In this document: one piece after another, positions 34,435 to 44,004 of the stretch
Layout: each line of letters begins with the position of its first letter
How positions within the stretch are numbered: the first letter of the stretch is position 1
DNA from: Pseudomonadota bacterium
GTDB lineage: Bacteria; Pseudomonadota; Alphaproteobacteria; Caedimonadales; UBA1908
Direction of reading: 5' to 3'
DNA length: 64,000 bases
NCBI GenBank assembly: GCA_020161545.1
Contig: JAIUNT010000001.1
Location: 25,471-89,470, forward strand
Notes under the pieces: generated by a model
Database searches by the model: none
Seen by the model: only the letters and a program-made list of their open reading frames with translations
What the model was told of the DNA's origin: nothing
Program-made: the position numbers and the translations under genes

Positions 34435-35382
34435 ATGGACACAGAGAAAAACACCAATCACAACTCCCTTGCCTTCCTTGTCTATACGACCCTGGCTGGG
34501 GCGCTTTGGTTCCTTTATTATGGGATGACGCAACTCATCATCCTGGGGATGCGCTATTTTATTTTAGATCCAGAGGGTACCACTTGGCTTTATCAACGAG
34601 GATTTTTTAGCGCCACCCTCAGCGACGTTGCGTCCATGCTTCTTTTAGGGGGTGGGCTCTTTTTGCTTTTTCGCGTGCAAGAGGTGCGCGCTTTTAGCGC
34701 GTCAAGCCTGACCCTAGACGGGCGCGTACGCATTTGGCTCCTGCGTCTCATGATGGTGGCCACAGGGGCCTCGGTGGTGGCTGATCTGTGGTTCATCTTG
34801 CGCGCCGTCTTGAGGGGTGAAGGCGCCCTTGACGAGACCCTTTGCACACTCACGACCCTGATTGTGGCAAGCGGTATTCTCGCCTTTCTCGCGCGCAGCA
34901 CCCGCGGCGCCCCCTCCCCCCAAAGGCCTTTGAAATCCCCAGGAGATGCGGCTGTCGTGTGCGGCGCCCTCCTTGCGACGGGGGTGTGCATTTGGATGGC
35001 GCCTCCAAGCCTCATGAAAATACTGCGCGCTGATCATGAGACCCTCAAGGCTCTCACCTCCACCCAGCAGGGTATTGACGAATGGGTCACGCAGACAAAC
35101 GCGCTACCACGCGCCCTTGATGAAGCAGCACAAAAAATTCTCACACGCCACAGCACGGTCAGCGGCCTTGGGGACAACCTGGAAGAGATCAATAAAAAGG
35201 TCGCTTACGCCGTAGTCAGCAAGAACCAGTACCAGCTGTGTGCGACTTTTGAAAGAAGCTCAAAAGAGTTCACCCTTCTGGGCCTGTGGCGCAGTGCAAA
35301 AGATCCATTCCTGCGCTTCACACCGGGTAAAAACTGCAAGGTGATCACCGTCACTCTGAGTCCAGCCCCCCCTTCTTCCTAG
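34435..35382 (+). CDS. membrane protein of unknown function (N-terminal multi-TM region plus C-terminal soluble domain)
   Basis: 315 aa with about five hydrophobic segments in the first 200 aa, followed by a polar domain. No family recognised. Confidence 0.6.
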   Translation: MDTEKNTNHNSLAFLVYTTLAGALWFLYYGMTQLIILGMRYFILDPEGTTWLYQRGFFSATLSDVASMLLLGGGLFLLFRVQEVRAFSASSLTLDGRVRIWLLRLMMVATGASVVADLWFILRAVLRGEGALDETLCTLTTLIVASGILAFLARSTRGAPSPQRPLKSPGDAAVVCGALLATGVCIWMAPPSLMKILRADHETLKALTSTQQGIDEWVTQTNALPRALDEAAQKILTRHSTVSGLGDNLEEINKKVAYAVVSKNQYQLCATFERSSKEFTLLGLWRSAKDPFLRFTPGKNCKVITVTLSPAPPSS

Positions 35383-35423
35383 GGCGTTTTTGCACGAATG
35401 CGCATTTTTTTGCATTTACCCCC

Positions 35424-35451
35424 TTGCAAAAAAACATAGGCACGCTATTAT
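35424..35451 (+). promoter_or_regulatory. putative sigma70-type promoter of tRNA-Gly
   Basis: TTGCAA (35424-35429), a 16-nt spacer, then TATTAT (35446-35451), about 30 nt upstream of the tRNA 5' end. Confidence 0.5.
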
Positions 35452-35480
35452 CCCCCTCGAAACCAGCGTTTGTTTGTTGG

Positions 35481-35555
35481 GCGGGCGTAGCTCAGGGGTA
35501 GAGCACAACCTTGCCAAGGTTGGGGTCGAGGGTTCGAATCCCTTCGCCCGCTCCA
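35481..35555 (+). tRNA. tRNA-Gly (anticodon GCC), CCA encoded
   Basis: The cloverleaf was folded by hand. The acceptor is GCGGGCG/CGCCCGC and the D stem is GCTC/GAGC. The anticodon stem is CAACC/GGTTG with loop TTGCCAA. The T arm is GAGGG-TTCGAAT-CCCTT, followed by discriminator T and CCA. Total 75 nt. Confidence 0.95.
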
Positions 35556-35592
35556 AGATTCAAAACGGTTCTTCTTTTATTTCCTTACGTAT

Positions 35593-36447
35593 TTATGACA
35601 ATTTTGCCTGTGCCTTCATGCCGTTATAAGCGGCCCATGAGCATCCACCCAAAATCAGACTCACCCCGAAAAGTTCAAAGAGCGTTGGCGCTTTGTGCCA
35701 CAGGAGGCCATCAAGCCCCAGCCCCCACAAAAGCGACACATACTCCAACGGCGCCAGAAGCGTGACAGACCCCCAGCGAAAGGCAAGGGTCATGGCGACT
35801 TGTGCCGCCCCGCCAAGGGCGCCAATGACCACAAAAAGAAAAAGGGTTTCAGGGTCGTAGACATTCTGAGAGGCAACAACAAAGGGCGCGCTCACCAAAA
35901 GACTCATGCCCACAAAGCACGCCATAACAAGGGTCGTGCTGTCTTCACGGGTGAGACGACGCAGGCTCACCTGGGCAACCGCATGGCACGCGCCCCCCAC
36001 AAGGGGAATAGCCAAAAGAAGAGGATCCTGAAGGTCAGGCGCGCACACGAAAAAGACACCCACAACACCCCCCAAAAGGGCAAAAAGGCGGCCTCCCCGT
36101 AAAGGTTCTTTGAGCCAAAAGGCGCCCAAAACGCCCACAAGGAGCGGCGCGCAAAAGGTAAGGGCGTAGGCGTCCGTCAGCGACATAAGGCGAAAAGAGG
36201 CCATAAACAAAAGGGTTGCCATCACGGACAAAAGCGCGCGCCCCCCGTGGAGCCAAGGTTGCTGCGTCGCCCAAGGACGGGCGTGCTTTTCGCGCTTTGC
36301 CAAAACCAAAAGGAGGGGAAGCGCAAAAAGTCCGCGAAAGAAAAGAATCTCGACAACGTGAATATGGCTGGGTAGCATCTTTACACTGGCATCTTGGAAC
36401 GCGTAGCACGCCATGGCAAGAAGCATCACCATCATGGCGTGGCGCAT
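35593..36447 (-). CDS. EamA/DMT-family transporter
   Basis: About 10 TM segments with EamA-like repeats (MACYAFQDASVKML..., LAPLEYVSLLWGLGLD). The start is set at ATG 36447 (MRHAMMVMLL) rather than the ORF-track start at 36564, which would overlap uvrD. Confidence 0.8.
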   Translation of the reverse strand: MRHAMMVMLLAMACYAFQDASVKMLPSHIHVVEILFFRGLFALPLLLVLAKREKHARPWATQQPWLHGGRALLSVMATLLFMASFRLMSLTDAYALTFCAPLLVGVLGAFWLKEPLRGGRLFALLGGVVGVFFVCAPDLQDPLLLAIPLVGGACHAVAQVSLRRLTREDSTTLVMACFVGMSLLVSAPFVVASQNVYDPETLFLFVVIGALGGAAQVAMTLAFRWGSVTLLAPLEYVSLLWGLGLDGLLWHKAPTLFELFGVSLILGGCSWAAYNGMKAQAKLS

Positions 36448-36538
36448 GTTAGAAGGGATTGTACTTTGCAACTCTGGCAATCTGATCGCAGCTCCTGTAG
36501 GGTGTGTGTCACATGAACATACCACACAGGAACCCGCA

Positions 36539-38704
36539 ATGTCCTCCTCCCAGGCTTTGGCCATGACGCTCGCCTCCTCTTACCCCTACCTCGACGCCCT
36601 CAATGCGCCCCAGCGGGAGGCAATTGAAACCTTGGAGGGGCCTCTGTTAATTTTGGCGGGTGCGGGGACTGGCAAGACCCGTGTGCTGACAACGCGTATT
36701 GCCCATTTATTAAACCTCCACATGGCAAGGCCCCACGAAATTTTGGCGGTCACCTTTACGAACAAGGCTGCCAACGAGATGCGCGAGCGCCTCACGCATC
36801 TTCTGGGGCGCGAGGTTGAGGGCCTGTGGCTGGGCACCTTTCACTCTTTGTGCGTACGCATCTTAAGACGCCACGCTGAGCGCCTGGACCTGAGCCCCAG
36901 CTTCACGATTCTTGACACAGATGACCAGTTGCGTCTTATGAAGCAACTCATGCGCGCCGAAGGCATCGACGAGAAAAAGTGGCCGCCCCGTGTGGTGCTG
37001 GCCAATATTGGACGCTGGAAAGACCGGGCACTGACCCCTGAGAAAGTGGGCGCTGGTGATGTGAAGACCCCCGAGGATCCGTCTGTGCAGCTCTATGGGT
37101 ATTACCAAGAGCGCCTTGAGGCCCTGGACGCCCTCGACTTTGGAGATCTGATCCTGAAGGTCATGGAGCTCTTTAAAAGCGCGCCGGACGTCTTGGCACA
37201 CTATCAAGAAACCTTCAAATATCTCCTGGTGGACGAGTATCAAGATACCAACGTGTCCCAGTACCTGTGGCTGCGCCTTTTGGCCATGGGTCACCGCAAT
37301 GTATGCTGCGTGGGGGATGATGACCAATCCATTTATGGGTGGCGCGGGGCGGAGGTGTCCAACATCTTGCGCTTTGAAAAGGATTTTCCCGGCGCCAAGG
37401 TTGTGCGCTTGGAGGAAAACTACCGCTCAACACCCCATATCTTGGGCGCCGCCTCGGCCCTCATCGCCCACAACCGGGGACGCCTGGGAAAAACTTTGTG
37501 GACCCAGCACGCGGGCGGCGAAAAAGTGCGCGTCCAGGGGGTGTGGGACTCCCAAGAAGAGGCTCGCTTTGTGGCCTCGGAAATCGAAAACCTCATCAGT
37601 CGTGGGGAGAATCTGGCCCAAATCGCCATCCTTGTGCGCGCCAGCTTCCAAACCCGCGAGTTTGAAGACCGCTTCATGACCCTTGGCATTCCCTACCGCG
37701 TCGTGGGAGGCGCGCGCTTTTATGAGCGACAAGAAATCCGCGACGCCCTGGCGTACTTACGCGTTGTGGCTTACCCCCAGGACGGCGTTGCCTTTGAGCG
37801 CATCATTAACCTGCCGCGCCGGGGCATTGGCGCAACAACCCTTCAAACGCTCCACCACCATGCGCGCGCCCAGGGAATTTCCTTGACCCAGGCCTGTTAT
37901 GACCTCCTGGACACCGACGAGCTACGTGGTAAAACGCGCACCAGCCTTGAGATGCTTTTGCGGGCCTTTGAGCGATGGCGTGAGACAGCCAAAACCATGT
38001 CTCCCCACGAGATTGCGCGCATTGTCCTTGACGAATCAGGGTACACAAGTATGTGGCAGGAAGATAAGTCCGACGACGCACCCGCACGCCTTGAAAACCT
38101 GAAAGAGCTTGTGCGGGCGCTCACGGAATTTGCAACCTTGCCTGAGTTTTTAGACCACGTAAGCCTCGTCATGGACAACAACACCTCCACGGAAGGGGAG
38201 CGTGTCAGCCTCATGACCATGCACAGCGCCAAGGGCCTTGAGTTTGAAACAGTGTTTCTGCCAGGCTGGGAGGAGGAGCTTTTCCCCAGCCCCCGCTCCG
38301 TGAAGGAAACGGGCCAGGAAGGGCTTGAGGAAGAAAGGCGCCTCGCCTATGTCGGCATCACCCGCGCCAAAGTGCGCGCCTTTATTACCCACGCGGCGAA
38401 CCGCTGTATCCATGGGCGCTGGCAGTCCAGCCAACCCTCACGCTTTCTGGATGAACTTCCCAAGGAGAATATCCTCACTGCGCGGGTGGGAGGTGTGAAG
38501 ACGACCCATCTTGGATGGTCAGCAGCCTCCTACACCCAGGATATTGTGGCGCCCGCATCAAATCCCTACAAAGTGGGCGAAAAGGTCTTCCACATCAAAT
38601 TCGGGTATGGCCACGTGGTATGCGTGGAGGGAGATAAGCTCACCATCGATTTTGCGAAGGCTGGCACAAAAAAGGTCGTCGCTTCTTTTGTGGAGAAAGC
38701 ATAA
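36539..38704 (+). CDS. uvrD: ATP-dependent DNA helicase, UvrD/PcrA/Rep family
   Basis: Walker A is AGAGTGKT. The DExx box is LVDEYQDTN. Also present are VGDDDQSIYGWRGA, MTMHSAKGLEFE and YVGITRAK. The start is set at ATG 36539, with an alternative at 36563. Confidence 0.9.
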   Translation: MSSSQALAMTLASSYPYLDALNAPQREAIETLEGPLLILAGAGTGKTRVLTTRIAHLLNLHMARPHEILAVTFTNKAANEMRERLTHLLGREVEGLWLGTFHSLCVRILRRHAERLDLSPSFTILDTDDQLRLMKQLMRAEGIDEKKWPPRVVLANIGRWKDRALTPEKVGAGDVKTPEDPSVQLYGYYQERLEALDALDFGDLILKVMELFKSAPDVLAHYQETFKYLLVDEYQDTNVSQYLWLRLLAMGHRNVCCVGDDDQSIYGWRGAEVSNILRFEKDFPGAKVVRLEENYRSTPHILGAASALIAHNRGRLGKTLWTQHAGGEKVRVQGVWDSQEEARFVASEIENLISRGENLAQIAILVRASFQTREFEDRFMTLGIPYRVVGGARFYERQEIRDALAYLRVVAYPQDGVAFERIINLPRRGIGATTLQTLHHHARAQGISLTQACYDLLDTDELRGKTRTSLEMLLRAFERWRETAKTMSPHEIARIVLDESGYTSMWQEDKSDDAPARLENLKELVRALTEFATLPEFLDHVSLVMDNNTSTEGERVSLMTMHSAKGLEFETVFLPGWEEELFPSPRSVKETGQEGLEEERRLAYVGITRAKVRAFITHAANRCIHGRWQSSQPSRFLDELPKENILTARVGGVKTTHLGWSAASYTQDIVAPASNPYKVGEKVFHIKFGYGHVVCVEGDKLTIDFAKAGTKKVVASFVEKA

Positions 38705-38792
38705 TTCCCGACTCTTCTACTTTTCTTTTACCGTTTTTTAAGAAAGGGCGCACACAATAAAGGGCATATTCGCGCAAGTGTTTAATAATGCT

Positions 38793-40754
38793 ATGGAACA
38801 TGCCCATCATGATCATCACCAGATAATGATCCAGGATTTTAAAACGAGATTTTGGATAAGCCTTTGCTTATCACTTCCCATATTCCTTCTCTCTCCCATG
38901 GAGGGAGAAATGCTGGGCAAGCACGCGCTTTTGGTGTTTCCCGGCAGCGACATTGCCCTTTTCTTTTTAGCCTGCGCCCTCTTCATCTATGGCGGGCGCC
39001 CATTCTTGACGGGGCTAGCCCAAGAAGTAGGCCGCAAAGCGCCCAGCATGATGACCCTCATTGGCATCGCCATTTCTGTTTCCTTCGCCTACAGCGTCAG
39101 CGTCCTCATCACCCGCCGCGGCACCCTTTTCTTTTGGGAGCTGGCCAGCCTCATTGACATCATGCTCCTTGGGCACTGGATCGAGATGAGGGCGGTCATG
39201 GGAGCAGGACGCGCCCTTGAGGCCCTCACACGCCTTATGCCAGAGCTCGCCCACAAAATTGACGAAAGCGGCGCCCTAGAAGATGTGCCCACTCCGAGTC
39301 TTCAAAAAGGAGACCTGTGCCTCGTGAGGCCAGGCGAGCGCTTGCCAGCGGACGGCGAGATTATCCAGGGAAAAAGCGCCATTGATGAGTCAATGCTCAC
39401 GGGAGAGCTCGTTCCTGTTCTCAAGCAAGTGGGCGACAAAGTCCTTGGTGGGTCCCTCAACACGGACGGTGCCCTGAGCATACGTCTTAACCACCTTGCT
39501 GGGGACACATTTTTATCCCACGTCATGACGCTCGTCCAAGAGGCCCAGGAAAGCAAGTCTAAAACCCAAACCTTGGCTGCGCGTGCAGCAAGCCTCTTGA
39601 CATACATTGCCCTCATTGCTGGAGGGGTCACCTTCTTTTTCTGGGGAATGAGTGCCGGCATTTCTTGGCCCTTTGCTCTCGAGCGCGCCGTCACCGTCAT
39701 GGTGATCACATGCCCCCACGCTCTGGGACTTGCTATCCCTCTGGTTGTGGCTACCTCCACAGCACTTGCCACCAAACGCGGGATTCTTGTGCGCAGCCGG
39801 GAGGCCTTTGAAGAAGCGCGCCGCGTAGATGTGGTTTTGTTTGATAAAACAGGCACCCTCACCACAGGATTCTTTGTGGTACGCCACGCTGTCTCCTTTA
39901 ATGAAGCCTACTCATCCCAAGACATCCTCAACTACGCCGCCTCCATTGAAATTGCGAGCCAACACCCCCTGGCGAAAGGTATTGTGGCAGCCGCCAAGGC
40001 CCCCCTCACAGCCCAGGACTGTCGCCTTTTACCTGGTGAAGGTGCCCAAGGAACCGTGGACGGACAAGACGTCAAAGTGGTCTCGCCGGGCTATGTGGAG
40101 CGCGCACGCTTTCCGTTTGATGAGGCAAAAGTCGCCTCTCTCTCGGCACAGGGGGAAACCCTTGTGTTTGTCCTCATCAACAATACGCCTCAGGGTCTCA
40201 TCTCCCTCACCGACGACATTCGCCTAGAGGCAAAAGAAGCCGTAAGCACGCTGCAGTCCCTAGGCGTCAAGTGCTACATGATCACAGGGGACGCCACCGC
40301 CCCCGCCAAACGCGTCAGTGAGGAGCTCGCCATGGACGGCTACTTCGCTCAGATGCGCCCCTCACAGAAACTTGAAAAAATACAAGAGCTGCAAAGCACA
40401 GATCTGCGGGTTGCCATGGTGGGGGACGGCGTTAATGACGCGCCGGCTCTGGCACGTGCAGATGTGGGCATTGCCATCGGCGCCGGAACGGACGTTGCCA
40501 TGGAAAGCGCCCATGTGATCCTTGTGCACAGCGATCCGCGTGGGGTTGCCTCTCTCATACGCCTTGCCAAGTCCACCTATGCCAAAATGATTCAAAATCT
40601 TGTGTGGGCCACGGGATACAATGTGATCGCCATACCACTGGCCGCTGGCGTCTTCATCTCTTGGGGACTTTTGCTCCCCCCCACCCTGGGCGCTGTTCTC
40701 ATGTCCGGCAGCACCCTCCTGTGCGCTATAAACGCTAAACTTTTGAAAAGCTAG
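38793..40754 (+). CDS. heavy-metal P-type ATPase, P1B-3 (CopB-like, CPH motif)
   Basis: The N-terminus MEHAHHDHHQ is His-rich and has no CxxC domain. The TM motif is CPH (VITCPHALGLAIP). DKTGTLT, GDGVNDAPAL, YN..AIP and MSGST are also present. Confidence 0.88.
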   Translation: MEHAHHDHHQIMIQDFKTRFWISLCLSLPIFLLSPMEGEMLGKHALLVFPGSDIALFFLACALFIYGGRPFLTGLAQEVGRKAPSMMTLIGIAISVSFAYSVSVLITRRGTLFFWELASLIDIMLLGHWIEMRAVMGAGRALEALTRLMPELAHKIDESGALEDVPTPSLQKGDLCLVRPGERLPADGEIIQGKSAIDESMLTGELVPVLKQVGDKVLGGSLNTDGALSIRLNHLAGDTFLSHVMTLVQEAQESKSKTQTLAARAASLLTYIALIAGGVTFFFWGMSAGISWPFALERAVTVMVITCPHALGLAIPLVVATSTALATKRGILVRSREAFEEARRVDVVLFDKTGTLTTGFFVVRHAVSFNEAYSSQDILNYAASIEIASQHPLAKGIVAAAKAPLTAQDCRLLPGEGAQGTVDGQDVKVVSPGYVERARFPFDEAKVASLSAQGETLVFVLINNTPQGLISLTDDIRLEAKEAVSTLQSLGVKCYMITGDATAPAKRVSEELAMDGYFAQMRPSQKLEKIQELQSTDLRVAMVGDGVNDAPALARADVGIAIGAGTDVAMESAHVILVHSDPRGVASLIRLAKSTYAKMIQNLVWATGYNVIAIPLAAGVFISWGLLLPPTLGAVLMSGSTLLCAINAKLLKS

Positions 40755-40872
40755 CTCATCCACTCACGTGTTAACAATTTTCTTTTCCAAACCTAAAGAC
40801 TCAACTTAATACTTTGTTCATCTTTTTCTGGGATTATGTCGGACGACATCACGCCATAGGAGAATCACTATC

Positions 40873-42039
40873 ATGAAGATTGAGCAAGGATCTTGGTCTC
40901 CGGAAAATGGTTTCAGTAACACAACACCCCTCGAGAATGCCCAGTGGGTTCTTTACTTTTCTTCGTTCCAAAATTTAAAGGAAGACACCTTCTTTCCCGC
41001 ACTCAAGGCACGCTTCCCCCATGCCCACATCACAGGCGCCACATCAGGCGGCGAAATTGCGGGCAACACCACACAGGACGATAGTTACGTCTACGTGGCC
41101 ACCCATTTTGACCACGTGCGCGTCAAAACAACCATCTGTCCCATCACCCACAACCACCTTAATCCTCTAGAGCTCACACAAGGGTCCTATGAATGCGGGG
41201 TGACGCTTGCCAAGGACCTTGCGCAAGACAAGGATTTGAGGGCAATTTTCCTACTCAGTGATGGTATCCCCGTCAACGGCAGCGCCCTTCTCAAAGGCAT
41301 CAACAGCGTCATAGATCCGGCCCACGTCACCGTCACGGGCGGATTTGCCTGCGACGGAGGTCCTTACGTGGAGACACGTGTGGGATGCAACGCACCCGTG
41401 GCATCCCACCAAATTGTGGCTGTTGGTCTTTACGGCGACGCCCTTGAGGTAAAAGTTGGCTGCGAAGGCGGGTGGAGCGAGTTTGGTCCCATCCGCCAGA
41501 TCACCAAGGCCCATGACAATGCGCTCCTTGAGCTCGACGGCAAACCAGCCCTTGATATTTACAAGCAGTACCTCGGCGATGACGCTAAAAATTTACCGGC
41601 CTCGGCACTGAAGTACCCCCTCGGGATTTGGGATCAGAATAAGGAAGGTGCCCGCTATATCATTCGCACCATCCATCAGATTGTGGAAGGGGATCATACC
41701 ATCCATTTTTCTGGGGACGTGCCCCAGGGATGGAAGGCACGCCTCATGTGGGGCCGCTTTGACGCCATTGTCGAGGGCGCAGCCAAAGCGTCCAAGCAAG
41801 CAGAGCCCACAGACCTCACGGGACCATCGTTGTCGATTCTTGTCAGCTGCCTGGGGCGTAAGGTCCTCATGGGACAGCGCGTGGCTGAAGAAATTTCTGC
41901 CTCCGCCGAAGTTCTCGGCAACGATAACACACGCATTGGGTTCTACTCGTTGGGAGAAATCGCCCCCCACGAACTTTCAAAGGAGTCGGCTTTCCACAAC
42001 CAAACCATGACCATTACGACCTTTTATGAAAAGGTGTGA
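40873..42039 (+). CDS. FIST (N and C) sensory domain protein
   Basis: 388 aa. WVLYFSS....FPHAHITGATSGGEI and the C-terminal IGFYSLGEIAPH fit the FIST_N/FIST_C pattern. Its stop overlaps the next gene. Confidence 0.75.
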   Translation: MKIEQGSWSPENGFSNTTPLENAQWVLYFSSFQNLKEDTFFPALKARFPHAHITGATSGGEIAGNTTQDDSYVYVATHFDHVRVKTTICPITHNHLNPLELTQGSYECGVTLAKDLAQDKDLRAIFLLSDGIPVNGSALLKGINSVIDPAHVTVTGGFACDGGPYVETRVGCNAPVASHQIVAVGLYGDALEVKVGCEGGWSEFGPIRQITKAHDNALLELDGKPALDIYKQYLGDDAKNLPASALKYPLGIWDQNKEGARYIIRTIHQIVEGDHTIHFSGDVPQGWKARLMWGRFDAIVEGAAKASKQAEPTDLTGPSLSILVSCLGRKVLMGQRVAEEISASAEVLGNDNTRIGFYSLGEIAPHELSKESAFHNQTMTITTFYEKV

Positions 42040-44000
42040 TCATGGGCATTTTACAAAAAGACTTTGATATTAAACATCCACTTCTCAAAACCCAACTTGA
42101 TCGCATTAACATCTTGCCAGAGGACGCGGGCGTTGTCGCCTTCATCAAGGATGTGGACCAGACCTATCATGAAAGCGATGAAGAGCGCCGCTTTTTGGAG
42201 ACAACCATGGAGGTCATGTCGAGAGAGGTCATGGAGGTCAACGAAGATCTCTTGAAGCGCGCCGATGAGCTCGCAAAACTCCAAGAGCGTTACTTCCTTG
42301 TGGCGGCGGCGGCCAACGACGGCATCTGGGACTGGGATGTGGAGAAAGATATCGTCTACTATTCTTCGCGTTTCCAGGAAATGATCGACGGCGTCTCCCA
42401 TACCATGAGCACCATGCAAGAATGGTTTGACCTTGTGCACCCCGACGATATTGACTACGTCAAAAAACAAGTCAATCGACATTTAAACGACGAAACACCC
42501 CGCATTTCCCTGGAATGTCGCTTGCGGGGAAAGGGCGGACATGAGCGCTGGTTCCTCATCAATGGTCTTGCCTCAAGGGATGAAAACGGGAAAGTCAAAC
42601 GTGTGGCGGGGTCTCAAACGGACATCTCCCAACGCAAAGAATATGAAGCTTCACTTTATAAAGCCGCCTATTTTGATGAGCTGACAGGTCTTTATAACCG
42701 CGGGTCATTCATCAGCAACTTAGAGCAAGTCATCGCCACAAAAAAGCGCTTAGGAGAGCTTCCCGCCGCCCTGATCTTCTTGGATTTGGACAGATTTAAG
42801 CAAATAAACGACACCTTAGGGCATGCGTGCGGAGACGAGGTGCTCAAGCGCGTTGCCCATATTTTGCGCACCAATACACGCCCGACAGACATTATCGCAA
42901 GGCTGGGCGGTGACGAATTCACCATGATCCTCAACCCAATCGAAAGCATGGAAGAAGCCCTCGAGATCACCCAGCGCATCCTAACTGCGCTCAATAAAAA
43001 CCACACCATTTTGAATAATGATATTTACCTTTCCGCCAGTATCGGGACGTCACTCATTGACAATACGCGCATGAGCGCCGACACCATTTTGCGTAATGCG
43101 GATCTGGCCATGTACGAAGCCAAGCAGCAAGGCAAGGCGCGCGTGGAAATCTTTGACCGCGCCCAACACGATCGCCTTTTGCAACGCATGCGCTTAGAGA
43201 CGGACTTGCGCAAAGCCATCGAGATGGGTGAGCTGGAAATGTACTATCAGCCCATCATTAACCTTGATACGGGATATGTGGCCTCTTTTGAAGCCCTCAT
43301 GCGCTGGCACCACCCCCAGATGGGGTTTGTCAGCCCTGGCCTTTTCATTCCCATGGCTGAGGAAGCCGGCCTCATTAACGCCCTTGGTCAGTGGTGCCTG
43401 GAGACAGTGATCAAGCAGGTCAAACACTGGCACTCCAAGCGCGGGGACGAGTGTCCAAAGGTCAGCATCAACGTATCCGTCAAACAGCTCATGGATGACG
43501 CGGCTTACAATAAAATGATGGCAACCCTTAAGAAAATGGGCAAAAATGCGCGCTTTATCGGTATTGAAGTCACTGAATCGGTCATTGTGGGAGACCAAGC
43601 GCTTATCCTAAGACGCCTGAAGGAAATCCATGACATGGGGATTTTGCTCAGCCTGGATGATTTTGGGACTGGGTACTCATCCCTAAGCCACCTGCATGTG
43701 TATCCTTTTGATATCATTAAGGTTGACCAGAGTTTTGTCGCCTCCATGACCATTGATAAAAAATCAGAGCGGATGGTGCACAGCATTATTAAGCTCGGCC
43801 ATGACTTGGAGTTGCGCATTGTTGCAGAAGGCATTGAAACTATTGAACAGATGATCATGCTGCAAAGTAGTTTATGCCACTATGGCCAAGGGTATCTGTT
43901 TGCCAAGCCCTTGCCTTCACAAAACGCAAACCATGTGGTCTTGGGCAACCAGCGCTATGACACGGGACCACAGTCCCTTGTGTGTGCCATTGGGGGTTAA
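42036..44000 (+). CDS. PAS-GGDEF-EAL protein (diguanylate cyclase/phosphodiesterase)
   Basis: The PAS region is GIWDWDV....YYSSRF. The GGDEF motif is intact (RLGGDEFTMIL). The EAL domain is intact (FEALMRW, DDFGTGYSSL, KVDQSF, EGIET). The start is GTG 42036, which overlaps the FIST stop, or ATG 42042. Confidence 0.9.
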   Translation: MIMGILQKDFDIKHPLLKTQLDRINILPEDAGVVAFIKDVDQTYHESDEERRFLETTMEVMSREVMEVNEDLLKRADELAKLQERYFLVAAAANDGIWDWDVEKDIVYYSSRFQEMIDGVSHTMSTMQEWFDLVHPDDIDYVKKQVNRHLNDETPRISLECRLRGKGGHERWFLINGLASRDENGKVKRVAGSQTDISQRKEYEASLYKAAYFDELTGLYNRGSFISNLEQVIATKKRLGELPAALIFLDLDRFKQINDTLGHACGDEVLKRVAHILRTNTRPTDIIARLGGDEFTMILNPIESMEEALEITQRILTALNKNHTILNNDIYLSASIGTSLIDNTRMSADTILRNADLAMYEAKQQGKARVEIFDRAQHDRLLQRMRLETDLRKAIEMGELEMYYQPIINLDTGYVASFEALMRWHHPQMGFVSPGLFIPMAEEAGLINALGQWCLETVIKQVKHWHSKRGDECPKVSINVSVKQLMDDAAYNKMMATLKKMGKNARFIGIEVTESVIVGDQALILRRLKEIHDMGILLSLDDFGTGYSSLSHLHVYPFDIIKVDQSFVASMTIDKKSERMVHSIIKLGHDLELRIVAEGIETIEQMIMLQSSLCHYGQGYLFAKPLPSQNANHVVLGNQRYDTGPQSLVCAIGG

Positions 44001-44004
44001 AGGA

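Noticed and set aside
35390-35629. A 79-aa plus-strand ORF overlapping tRNA-Gly.
   Set aside because: It reads straight through a canonical tRNA cloverleaf. It has no RBS and no coding signature.
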